Of a stretch of 64,000 nt of DNA, positions 1 through 8,447 are shown in pieces (position 1 is the stretch's first letter; each line of letters opens with the position of its first letter). A program made the translations under genes and the position numbers. The notes below the pieces were generated by a model that was given only the letters and a program-made list of their open reading frames with translations, did no database searches and was not told the origin of the DNA. This DNA comes from a virus (lineage: Duplodnaviria > Caudoviricetes), in IMG/VR virus record IMGVR_UViG_3300027917_000048, positions 813 through 64,812 of that record, one strand, 5' to 3'.

Positions 1-251
1 GCTACTGTTGTGGTTAAATCACTTACACGAAACTCTACCCGTTCATCTCCGGGTGAGCCAGAAGAGCCTCCAAAAAACCTTAATAACCAGTGTTCTAATC
101 CACTAGAATCTTTATCGCCTAAAGACATTACTTCATTAGTATTTTGCCATTGCAGAAATTTGAACCAGCATGAAAAAGTAAAAGGTGCTGAAGTTACTGG
201 AGGAGAATCTGTATATACTGCTGAATTAACTGGACGAAAATCATATGCCAT
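1..251 (-). CDS. LamG/concanavalin A-like lectin-fold virion protein (5' part, runs off window)
   Basis: Read by hand: ATG at 251 overlaps the upstream TAA; MAYDFRPVNSAVYTDSPPVTSAPFTFSCWFKF... The FTFSCWFK segment resembles the first LamG strand (F-T-x-x-x-W-x-K). Confidence 0.6.
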   Translation of the reverse strand, partial: MAYDFRPVNSAVYTDSPPVTSAPFTFSCWFKFLQWQNTNEVMSLGDKDSSGLEHWLLRFFGGSSGSPGDERVEFRVSDLTTTV

Positions 252-757
252 TATTTACTCTCTACTATCTTTAGTTTTATAGATTCTGATAAGTCATCTG
301 GTGTTACCCATATATCATCTGTAGGTACTAAATCTACGCCAATATGTTTAAAGCAACTATCTGTAAAACTACTGCATATATGTGATGTTACACTTAAAGA
401 TTGTGGTTTAGGACCAGCAAATAAATATCTAAGTGCAACATAAATTAGCCGGAAAAAGTTATACATCTTTCCAACATTACCCCATGCAAAAGATATTAGT
501 TTCATCTTATCTGTCTTACTTAAACTCTCTATTGTTTCAAATACCTGATATTCATCTACTCCTTCTAAGAAACTTTCCCAATCTTTTTCTACAGTCCCGA
601 AAGCTGCTGTTTCAAACACACGCCATTCTCCTCCCTGCTTATATCTTATAGCTGCGTGTGTCCATTTAATACCCCACCATCTAACAAACCTATTAAAAAG
701 GTGATCTCTATAGGTCACTACTACCTGTGTTTTCATTACGTCCTCCTTTACTGGCAC
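251..757 (-). CDS. Permuted papain-like (YiiX/YaeF, NlpC/P60) enzyme
   Basis: N-terminal WTHAAI His motif, GKMYNF, C-terminal ICSSF Cys and VTPDDL ending, in the permuted NlpC/P60 order. Confidence 0.75.
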   Translation of the reverse strand: MPVKEDVMKTQVVVTYRDHLFNRFVRWWGIKWTHAAIRYKQGGEWRVFETAAFGTVEKDWESFLEGVDEYQVFETIESLSKTDKMKLISFAWGNVGKMYNFFRLIYVALRYLFAGPKPQSLSVTSHICSSFTDSCFKHIGVDLVPTDDIWVTPDDLSESIKLKIVESK

Positions 758-1782
758 AAAATATTCTTTAGCTGTAATAGCAATGTTTCTAAGGCAGATA
801 GTCTTGTCTCCAAATTCAGTATCTGTTGTTCTAGAGAGGTTACTCTACTACCCAGCCCTGTGACTTCTTCCCCAAGTTTTGCATGTATTTCTTTTGCTTG
901 CAAGTCAAACTGTTGCAAATTGTATACCTCCAACTTTAGAAAGTTTATTTCCTCTTCTAACCTTGCAAGTTCCTCATCACATGAACAATCTCCGTTTCCC
1001 GGCGGGGTTGTTGGGAATTTAAGTACTTCTTTTAGATATGCTAAATCGCCAAAGAAATAATTATGATCAACATTTCCACTTGCACCAACTACTGGTTCTA
1101 CCCAACTGTGGGCAGGATAAATACCATTCTGCCAGAATAAAGTTTTTTCTTTAGTCCACCCTAAAGGTAAAGTCGGATAAGATACAGAAGACCAATGTGC
1201 AACCCATTGCCAATAGTTAGTAATCCAGCTTACAGAACCTATCAATGAGTTCCAGTAATAAGGGGAAGAATAAACTCCACCTTGAAACCCTAAGCCCTCT
1301 ATTGTCTGTAAAGATGCTAGAAGTCTATTTCTTCTCTGATCTAAAGTAACTCCGTCACTACTTTCTACATCATCCCAAATAATGGGAACATATTCTATAG
1401 CATCTAGGAATCCTAAACTGCCTAGAGTATTTACACAATGTTTAGCTTGGTCTGCTCCACCATAGTTTCCTCTGAAGAAATGGTATGGCGTTACTATCAA
1501 CCCAGCTTCTAAAGCTGTTTTATATTTATATTCAAAAGTTGGGTCTACGAAACCAGTACCCTCTGTAGCTTTTAGAATGACAAAATCAATGCCATTTGCT
1601 TTTAGAGTTGGAAAATCTATTTTTTCATTTGCGTTCCAATGTGATAAATCCAGACCTCTTAGCGTAACTCCAGAGGGTGCTGTTAATGTCCTTACAAATC
1701 TGCTAAACGAACTAACAGGTATCTCAAATTTATCCGCATTTTCTATTAGGCGGGTATTTGGATTAAAATCCTGATAAACCAT
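748..1782 (-). CDS. Endolysin, GH25 muramidase with C-terminal coiled coil
   Basis: GLDLSHWN, FVILKATEG, YHFF, DDVE, WVAHW, WQ and VDHN GH25 motifs; heptad-rich C-terminal ~75 aa. Confidence 0.9.
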   Translation of the reverse strand: MVYQDFNPNTRLIENADKFEIPVSSFSRFVRTLTAPSGVTLRGLDLSHWNANEKIDFPTLKANGIDFVILKATEGTGFVDPTFEYKYKTALEAGLIVTPYHFFRGNYGGADQAKHCVNTLGSLGFLDAIEYVPIIWDDVESSDGVTLDQRRNRLLASLQTIEGLGFQGGVYSSPYYWNSLIGSVSWITNYWQWVAHWSSVSYPTLPLGWTKEKTLFWQNGIYPAHSWVEPVVGASGNVDHNYFFGDLAYLKEVLKFPTTPPGNGDCSCDEELARLEEEINFLKLEVYNLQQFDLQAKEIHAKLGEEVTGLGSRVTSLEQQILNLETRLSALETLLLQLKNILCQ

Positions 1783-1809
1783 TTTATATTCCTTCCTTTA
1801 TTTAATTTT

Positions 1810-2049
1810 CTAATAAACTGCTACAATATCTGTAGCTGTAGTATCTGTAGAATAAACTCTTCTAACCTGAAGAGGATGTACAATTCCAGCAGCTAAAGCA
1901 ACGAATGTCACCGTTTCCCCGCTGGCTAAGTCTACTTTAACATCTCCACTAGCACCAACATAAAGTCCTCTACTAACTTTGGCTAAATCTGCCGAATCGC
2001 TAGGCGTAACTGCTACAGCATAATCTGAAGGATCAATTAAACCACTCAT
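1810..2049 (-). CDS. Head spike base protein (RcGTA Rcc01079-like)
   Basis: 79 aa AVAVTPSDSADL...RGLYVGASGDV...G..HPLQVRRVYST.TTATDIVA matches my recollection of the family pattern. Confidence 0.7.
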   Translation of the reverse strand: MSGLIDPSDYAVAVTPSDSADLAKVSRGLYVGASGDVKVDLASGETVTFVALAAGIVHPLQVRRVYSTDTTATDIVAVY

Positions 2050-2207
2050 TATTTTTTCTCCTTTTTCTTTCTTAGTATGTATTTACAAAGAGCAATGGCA
2101 TCGGATTTACCCTTACCCTTATTCATTTGAGTTTTTACACATCTTTCCATAAAGGCTGTGTTTTCTTTATTATCCCCACCGAGCTTTTTATCAACACCGT
2201 AAGGCAT
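2049..2207 (-). CDS. Small basic protein (52 aa), not in ORF track
   Basis: MPYGVDKKLGGDNKENTAFMERCVKTQMNKGKGKSDAIALCKYILRKKKEKK; AAGGAG RBS upstream; TAATG coupling to the next gene. Confidence 0.7.
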   Translation of the reverse strand: MPYGVDKKLGGDNKENTAFMERCVKTQMNKGKGKSDAIALCKYILRKKKEKK

Positions 2208-2208
2208 A

Positions 2209-2586
2209 TTATTTCTCCTTTGGGTATTTAGGTTCTAAACCTAAGTCGATAATTTGTTTAGTTAATATTGTAATACCCTCTTTTAATTCCTCTATTTCTT
2301 TTTCTAATTCCTCTATTTTTGTCTCCATGCGAGTTACAAGGACCTTACACTCATCAAATTGATTTTTAACTTCTACCATTAATTCAGTATAGAAGTCTTG
2401 TAAATTTCCAGCTGCATCTACGTATTTAGAAACTATGTCTGCACTAATATCTTCAGCCTCTCGCATAGCTTTCTTTTTATCTAGTTCCTCCATCTTTATT
2501 TGCCTTCTTATAGCATACGCCCCAGGAATGGCAGCTAAAAATGCAGTTAGTATCGGTAAGTATGTCAAAATTTGTTCCCAAGTCAT
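2209..2586 (-). CDS. Single-TM coiled-coil protein, putative holin/lysis accessory
   Basis: N-terminal hydrophobic helix then a long coiled coil; TAATG overlap places the start at 2586; next to the endolysin. Confidence 0.55.
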   Translation of the reverse strand: MTWEQILTYLPILTAFLAAIPGAYAIRRQIKMEELDKKKAMREAEDISADIVSKYVDAAGNLQDFYTELMVEVKNQFDECKVLVTRMETKIEELEKEIEELKEGITILTKQIIDLGLEPKYPKEK

Positions 2587-2909
2587 TATGCACCGTTGCC
2601 CCTCCATCCAGAGCGATAGATGTAATATAGATATATGTACATTGTAATTAATCCCAAAAATTTAGAAAGGGATGCCCAATAAGAAAATACTCTTTCTGCT
2701 AATGATACTGGAATAAACAGATAATCATACCAATAGCCAAAAAAGAACAAATAAAAAAGGAGTGATTGAAATAACCATATTAATATTGGTATACCGAAGT
2801 AAAGACTATTCATTTTTCTAGATACTATGTGAGAAAAAAATATAGCACCTATAATTAGAAAAAAGTTAATCCATCTTACTGTAATTATATCAAATACTCC
2901 GTCAAACAT
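2586..2909 (-). CDS. Multi-TM membrane protein, putative holin
   Basis: 107 aa with ~3 hydrophobic segments; lies in the lysis region. Confidence 0.5.
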   Translation of the reverse strand: MFDGVFDIITVRWINFFLIIGAIFFSHIVSRKMNSLYFGIPILIWLFQSLLFYLFFFGYWYDYLFIPVSLAERVFSYWASLSKFLGLITMYIYLYYIYRSGWRGNGA

Positions 2910-2919
2910 TTTATATCTC

Positions 2920-3945
2920 CTATAAATTTACCCCTATTAATAATTTGGTTGCTAAAGGTTTTGATACAGAAGTGGTTACTACATTACTATATTGACTGTA
3001 ATCAGAACCATCATATGCTCTAACTCTATAGCTCCAAGTTCCAGCATCCTGTCCTGAAATATCCTGACTTGTTAAAGCACCGGAATATTTCAATGCCCAC
3101 TCTTCTTCCTCGTATTGTTCCCAAAGCTGGTAACTAGTAGCTCCACCAACAGTACTCCAACTAACTGTATAATCACTTTTACTTAAAGGATTATCAATAG
3201 CATAGAGCGTTGGAGCACCTATTCCACTAAAATCAGCATAATCCCAAAGAATAGTTAATGTAGGTTCTTTTCCATTAGTTAATTTTGAATAAGCACGACG
3301 ATAAGAACCAAAATTACTGCTACTGTCTTGAAAAAGAACAATTAAAGTGTTTCCTCTTTCCCAACCGACTCTATCTACTATTTCCTGCACAACCCAACGT
3401 ATGTCTACACTGTTATATTGATTTTCTGCTACCCAAGCACTTATATCACTCCATAAAGCATAAGCTGTAGTAGTTGGTGCTAAAATTAAATCTGCGTAGG
3501 TTTCTGGTACTTCTGGACTATCTTCATCTAATGCAACTATGTTAGCATTAACTGTAGTAGAGGAATCATTATCTGATGCTGTAAATGTTATATAAGCTTC
3601 TCTAATAATTGCTCCTTGAGGTACTTGTACATTTTCAAAAGCTAGGAGCGTTATTATAGAACCTTTGCTCCCACCAAGATGTCCACCTGGGTGTACTTTA
3701 TTGGGATTTTTCTCATCAGTCTCATCACCAGCAAAATAATTAACATTATCTCCAACATCTGGTAATTCTGTATAAAAAGATAATACAACTACTTCAGCAA
3801 CTATTTGGGCGTAACGTTGTTCTACTGTATCAGATTGTGGAGTAACAGCTACTTCAGCAACTATTTGAGCATACCGTTGTTCTACAATACTTGGGGAATA
3901 CACTACCTCTAATGGTACTTGTGCTACATAACCTGAAATTGTCAC
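2920..3945 (-). CDS. Tail fibre/tip accessory protein with C-terminal FN3-like domain
   Basis: VSW..V.GATSYQL...YRVRAY..S.YSN FN3 pattern; N-terminal repeat EQRYAQIVAEV x2. Confidence 0.6.
   Translation of the reverse strand: MTISGYVAQVPLEVVYSPSIVEQRYAQIVAEVAVTPQSDTVEQRYAQIVAEVVVLSFYTELPDVGDNVNYFAGDETDEKNPNKVHPGGHLGGSKGSIITLLAFENVQVPQGAIIREAYITFTASDNDSSTTVNANIVALDEDSPEVPETYADLILAPTTTAYALWSDISAWVAENQYNSVDIRWVVQEIVDRVGWERGNTLIVLFQDSSSNFGSYRRAYSKLTNGKEPTLTILWDYADFSGIGAPTLYAIDNPLSKSDYTVSWSTVGGATSYQLWEQYEEEEWALKYSGALTSQDISGQDAGTWSYRVRAYDGSDYSQYSNVVTTSVSKPLATKLLIGVNL
3789..3885. repeat. 37-bp direct repeat, 60-bp offset, coding VEQRYAQIVAEV
   Basis: 3789-3825 vs 3849-3885; 3 mismatches, all synonymous. 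Confidence 0.85.
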
Positions 3946-3946
3946 T

Positions 3947-4999
3947 CTAATCCTCCATCTTCATCCCAAATTCAGCGGAATTTATCTCATCGGATGTCCA
4001 CCCACTGGTTGTTGCTGGACTTACCTCATTTAATACAAACTTATAACCATATGTATCTGTAAGAGTCATTACAGAATTCATTGGGTAATTTACACCACCT
4101 ATTCTTGCAGCTGCTTTGAATGTCCTATCCCCACCAGTACCTCTATTACCATAAAAGGATTGTTGTATTCCATGTATAATGCCAGAAGGTATTGTTTCAA
4201 AAGAGTAGGTATCATATGCACCAGAAACAGTAGTATAAACATAATCAGATGTATTTGGTTCAATTTCGTCTACACAAGCATAATTATCTCCGGCAGAAGG
4301 TGTCCAATCGGTATTACTTCCAACCCCATTAGGCATTAATAATTTTACATTTACATCCCCAAGAAAATCATTATTTATAGTTCCCTCTGAATTACAAATA
4401 TAAATATCATCAAATCTAATATCCCCACTATAATATGGACAACCCCATAAACGGTAAAAATCAACATAATCTGTTGTACCGTTTTTAGTATTTAAACCAG
4501 TAACATCTAATATTTTCTTACCATCAATTCTTATTTCTACGCTACCATTAGTATCATGTATATATGCTTTTATTTCTAAATAAAACCATTTATATCTAGG
4601 AAGAACGCCGTTGGCTGTTTCTGTTAGGTAAGTTCCATTTACTTGACCTCTCACTACTCTTATACCGTGTTGTGGAGCTGCGAATTCAAACATTAAATAA
4701 TCAGTTTCTCCCTGTTTACCAAAACCAACCCCATTGCTATAATTATTATAAGCTTGTCCTATTAAGCTAAGATAAACAGCTGCACCAAAAATGATAGTTG
4801 AATCTGTATTAACTAGACATTGAGTTAAATGTCCTCTGTCCCAACCATCGCCTTCCCACATACGAAAGGCGGAACTACCATATCTTCCAGTAGCATTACC
4901 ATAGTTCATGCTTTGTTGCCAATAATAACTACAGTACTTATTCAGTAAAGCTGCATCAGAAGTTCTGTCATCAAATGATTCTGCCCAAAGTAGTGTCAT
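3947..4999 (-). CDS. Lectin-like (ConA/LamG fold) tail protein, paralog 2
   Basis: WFYLEIK...GSVEIRIDG, RFDDIYIC..G..NDFLGDV; clearly paralogous to 5001..6086. Confidence 0.65.
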   Translation of the reverse strand: MTLLWAESFDDRTSDAALLNKYCSYYWQQSMNYGNATGRYGSSAFRMWEGDGWDRGHLTQCLVNTDSTIIFGAAVYLSLIGQAYNNYSNGVGFGKQGETDYLMFEFAAPQHGIRVVRGQVNGTYLTETANGVLPRYKWFYLEIKAYIHDTNGSVEIRIDGKKILDVTGLNTKNGTTDYVDFYRLWGCPYYSGDIRFDDIYICNSEGTINNDFLGDVNVKLLMPNGVGSNTDWTPSAGDNYACVDEIEPNTSDYVYTTVSGAYDTYSFETIPSGIIHGIQQSFYGNRGTGGDRTFKAAARIGGVNYPMNSVMTLTDTYGYKFVLNEVSPATTSGWTSDEINSAEFGMKMED

Positions 5000-5000
5000 A

Positions 5001-6086
5001 TTATTGCTCCGATTTCATACCAAATTCAGCAGAGTTAACATCAGCAATTGTCCATTGAGAGCTTGTTTCTGGATTCAAACTGGAAACTTCTTGAACATAT
5101 GTACCAGAATCTTGCAGATAGTGTAATACATCCCCGTCATAAGTAGTAGATGTTGGTCTGAAAGCAAACCTGCTTTTCTTAAAACCAGCATTGGTTTTCC
5201 AAGTGTATGCAGACATTTGTATACCATGCACAGCACCGGAGACAACAGCTAAATTATCAAAAGAATATGTATCATAAACACCGGATGCTGTTGATTCAAC
5301 ATAATCTGCTGTATCTACATAAAGATCATTAACACATTCATAGTTACTTCCAGTAGATGGTGTCCAACCAGTATGAGCACCAGCACCATTTGGTTTTAGG
5401 TTTACTACAGCAACATCGCCTAGAAAATCATTAGCAACTGTTCCACTATCGTCACATACATATATATCATCAAAACGTTGATTTCCAGCACCAACTGGAA
5501 TATTATAACCAATTCCACCAATATGAAAAGTATTTGGTAAACTAGTTCCATTACGGGTATCTACATCTGTTAATTCTATTACTGGTTTTCCATTAATTCT
5601 TATTTCTACACTCCCAACAGTGTCATCGAAATGAATTTTACCTTCAATATAAAACCATGTAGATTGTGGGATAACAGCATCACCACTACTTCCTATAAGA
5701 GTACCATTTGGTGCTCCTCTTCTAACATTAATACTATTTGTGCCTCTAATAAAATTAATACTGATATGGGCTGTACTACTTCCCGTAGTAAACTTAAATC
5801 CCATATTATTAGTACCATCTAAAGATTCATTAGGGTCTAATTCATCGAAATAATAAGCTGAACCAAAAATCAAGGTATCGTATGATGCACCTAAATATTT
5901 ACCAATATTGGCTCTTTCATAACCATTGGTGTTCCAAAAGCGCATAGCACCAGAACCCCTTCTGCCTCCAGTAGTAAGTATTTGTGGCATACTAGCACTA
6001 CTAGTACCCCAATATGTCCATTTAGACCATATTAACGAACTTGCATCATCATCAGTATTAAAGCTTTCTGTAAATAAAAGTGTCAT
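5001..6086 (-). CDS. Lectin-like (ConA/LamG fold) tail protein, paralog 1
   Basis: WFYIEGK...GSVEIRING, RFDDIYVC..G..NDFLGDV, C-terminal NSAEFGMK shared with its neighbour. Confidence 0.65.
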   Translation of the reverse strand: MTLLFTESFNTDDDASSLIWSKWTYWGTSSASMPQILTTGGRRGSGAMRFWNTNGYERANIGKYLGASYDTLIFGSAYYFDELDPNESLDGTNNMGFKFTTGSSTAHISINFIRGTNSINVRRGAPNGTLIGSSGDAVIPQSTWFYIEGKIHFDDTVGSVEIRINGKPVIELTDVDTRNGTSLPNTFHIGGIGYNIPVGAGNQRFDDIYVCDDSGTVANDFLGDVAVVNLKPNGAGAHTGWTPSTGSNYECVNDLYVDTADYVESTASGVYDTYSFDNLAVVSGAVHGIQMSAYTWKTNAGFKKSRFAFRPTSTTYDGDVLHYLQDSGTYVQEVSSLNPETSSQWTIADVNSAEFGMKSEQ

Positions 6087-6099
6087 AATTTTTCTCCAT

Positions 6100-7245
6100 T
6101 TATCCTATAAATCCGTAGGAAGAATTTGCTTGTGTTCCACTACCAGCTCCTCCTCCTGTAGCAACTATATCAGTTATACTTAGACTAATCCAAGGATAAT
6201 GATCTGCTTTATATGTCCAACCGCTTGTAGGAGCAGGTCTTTCTATCCATCTCCAATTAGAGCCTCCCGGTAATAGATTTTTAGTGGCTTCATTAAACAT
6301 TATAAACCCAAAAGTATTAACTCCTGTTTCTCCGGGGATAATGGCTGAGGTTACAGGAGATATATACAATCTATAAGTAGTTCCAGTACTTAATACAGGA
6401 TCAGTTGCTGTATCCCAACCAAGATGTATGGTATCAGCATCGTAATGATCAATATAGGCGTTATCTAAAACAGTAATTGATGCTAACTCCCCATCACTAG
6501 AATCTGCTAATGTTATTTTAAAAGGACCGTCTTGAGTAAATGAGTCTGGATAAAAATTGAATACTCCACCAACAGCTGTAGCTTGGAATGGTAATTCAAA
6601 TTCTACTCCCCATTCCTCAGGATAAGATAATTCTCTATACGGTAATCCTATTAAACAAAATCCTTGAACTTCTCCATCACTATAAATAAGAGATGCTGGT
6701 GAATCCCAACTATATTTATTCCAGTATGAAGTTGACCACCAGAATTGTCCCGGATAAGAATTCCAAAAAGTACTTTCTGTGTTTATTTCAACAAAATTAG
6801 TTGATGTTGGTATACTAGAGCCACTTGGAGTTATTATTAAAGCTGCTATCTCTCCCTTTGTTACATTTAACGGAGTTTCTAAATCGATCCAATTCCAACC
6901 ACTAGATAAAGTGTGTGGCTGAAAAGTTTGCCATTGAGAATTACTATACATTGTAGTGTTAACATGTGTGTCTGGATTAAATGCTGGTTTAGCATCTTCA
7001 CTTAATCCTGGAGTTCCACTAATAGTAGTAAATCCAATAGCATAATCAGGGTTGCCCTGATATTCAATTATATAAAGCCCTATTCCACTAACTGTGCCAG
7101 TTTTATTAAATTGAAAACCAAGACCCATTGAATCATCTTCATCGTTTAATACATCACCATATTCTAAAGACGTTTCATTATAAAAATAAAAATAATTATA
7201 TGCGCCTCTGCCATGAGGTCCATAGTCTATAGTATTTAATCTCAT
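6100..7245 (-). CDS. Putative tail fibre/receptor-binding protein
   Basis: Beta-rich, Trp/Tyr/Gly-rich; in the tail module; overlaps the upstream gene by 4 nt. Confidence 0.5.
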   Translation of the reverse strand: MRLNTIDYGPHGRGAYNYFYFYNETSLEYGDVLNDEDDSMGLGFQFNKTGTVSGIGLYIIEYQGNPDYAIGFTTISGTPGLSEDAKPAFNPDTHVNTTMYSNSQWQTFQPHTLSSGWNWIDLETPLNVTKGEIAALIITPSGSSIPTSTNFVEINTESTFWNSYPGQFWWSTSYWNKYSWDSPASLIYSDGEVQGFCLIGLPYRELSYPEEWGVEFELPFQATAVGGVFNFYPDSFTQDGPFKITLADSSDGELASITVLDNAYIDHYDADTIHLGWDTATDPVLSTGTTYRLYISPVTSAIIPGETGVNTFGFIMFNEATKNLLPGGSNWRWIERPAPTSGWTYKADHYPWISLSITDIVATGGGAGSGTQANSSYGFIG

Positions 7246-8447
7246 AGTTTTACCCTCACCTGTACCACTAAACCTTCTCCACCAGTAACTGGTGCTTGAT
7301 CAATATAACAAGTAAATACATCATTTAATGAAAAACCAGAGACATCTACAGGAGAAGATAAATCATCTAAACTACCTGGATTTATTTGTGGTCTATTTGC
7401 TTGATTTGTAAAAACTGTTGTACCATTCTTATGAATATCTACAATTATTGCACTAGTTACCGGAGTAGTTGATACCGATGCAACAACATTTTCTATAGTA
7501 CCAGCCCAAGGAGTTAACATTCTAACTGGTATAGCTGCACCACCACTAGCTAACATTGTCCACCCACTAGTAATCTGTTGATAAAAACCAATGACTCTAA
7601 CTGCATCTGCACCAGCAGGTAGTGGAGTAGGTGTCCACTGAGAGCCATTATAAGTTAATACATCATCTGTAGTTGGTGCTAATGCTGAAATAGTAACTCC
7701 TTTAATTAAATCAGCATCATGTGATAAGTCTAATATATCACTCTCTGTGTGAGTATGAGAGCCTATCATTACCTGTACATCTTCATTTCCACCATCGTTT
7801 AAGGTAGAAACCAATATGCCACTTCCAGCTACTATCTTATCTTCTAGGAAACCCTCTGTGGTATCGTTTGAACTTACTCTTACTTTCCAGTCAGTACCTC
7901 CAGAAAAAACTACAGTACTAAATTCTAAAGCCGTTTCTATGTTATTAACTGTAACAAACTTATTAGCTTGGCTAGAATAAGAACTTGGAGTATCATCCAA
8001 ATCTACAAATTCTTTTTTACCACTGATAGTTATTTCTACTTCATTTCCCCCAACATCTACGGCTGAAATAAAATCACTTTTGAAATCCAATAAAGTAACG
8101 CCACTGGCTACTGGAGTATCGTTATTATAAACAATCACCCCGGCAACAGAACCACCCGGCTCTAATTCTTCTATTCTCCACCTAATATGATTTAAGTTAT
8201 CTAAGAGAGTAGCACTTACTAATACTCCGCTAGGATCGTAAGGATTTCCAGAAACAAATCCCGGTATTGCAGCTTCTGTTGTATCATAAGCTACTCTTGT
8301 TTGTGGAAGCATACCAGTAAAGCCACCGGGAGGTCCTCCCAACCCACCACTAGCTGATATTATTCCTCCCAAATTAATGGGAGCAGCTTTTAATTTTCTC
8401 TCTAAAGCATTAAAATATTCAAAGAAATTGTAATCGTATAAAGGCAT
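7242..8447 (-). CDS. Tail fibre protein
   Basis: HTHTESDI, DLDDTPSSY and DVLTYNGSQW motifs typical of phage fibres. Confidence 0.65.
   Translation of the reverse strand: MPLYDYNFFEYFNALERKLKAAPINLGGIISASGGLGGPPGGFTGMLPQTRVAYDTTEAAIPGFVSGNPYDPSGVLVSATLLDNLNHIRWRIEELEPGGSVAGVIVYNNDTPVASGVTLLDFKSDFISAVDVGGNEVEITISGKKEFVDLDDTPSSYSSQANKFVTVNNIETALEFSTVVFSGGTDWKVRVSSNDTTEGFLEDKIVAGSGILVSTLNDGGNEDVQVMIGSHTHTESDILDLSHDADLIKGVTISALAPTTDDVLTYNGSQWTPTPLPAGADAVRVIGFYQQITSGWTMLASGGAAIPVRMLTPWAGTIENVVASVSTTPVTSAIIVDIHKNGTTVFTNQANRPQINPGSLDDLSSPVDVSGFSLNDVFTCYIDQAPVTGGEGLVVQVRVKL

Noticed and set aside
3947-6086. Diversity-generating retroelement acting on paralogous tail genes
   Set aside because: No reverse transcriptase in the window and no near-identical TR/VR pair with adenine-specific differences.
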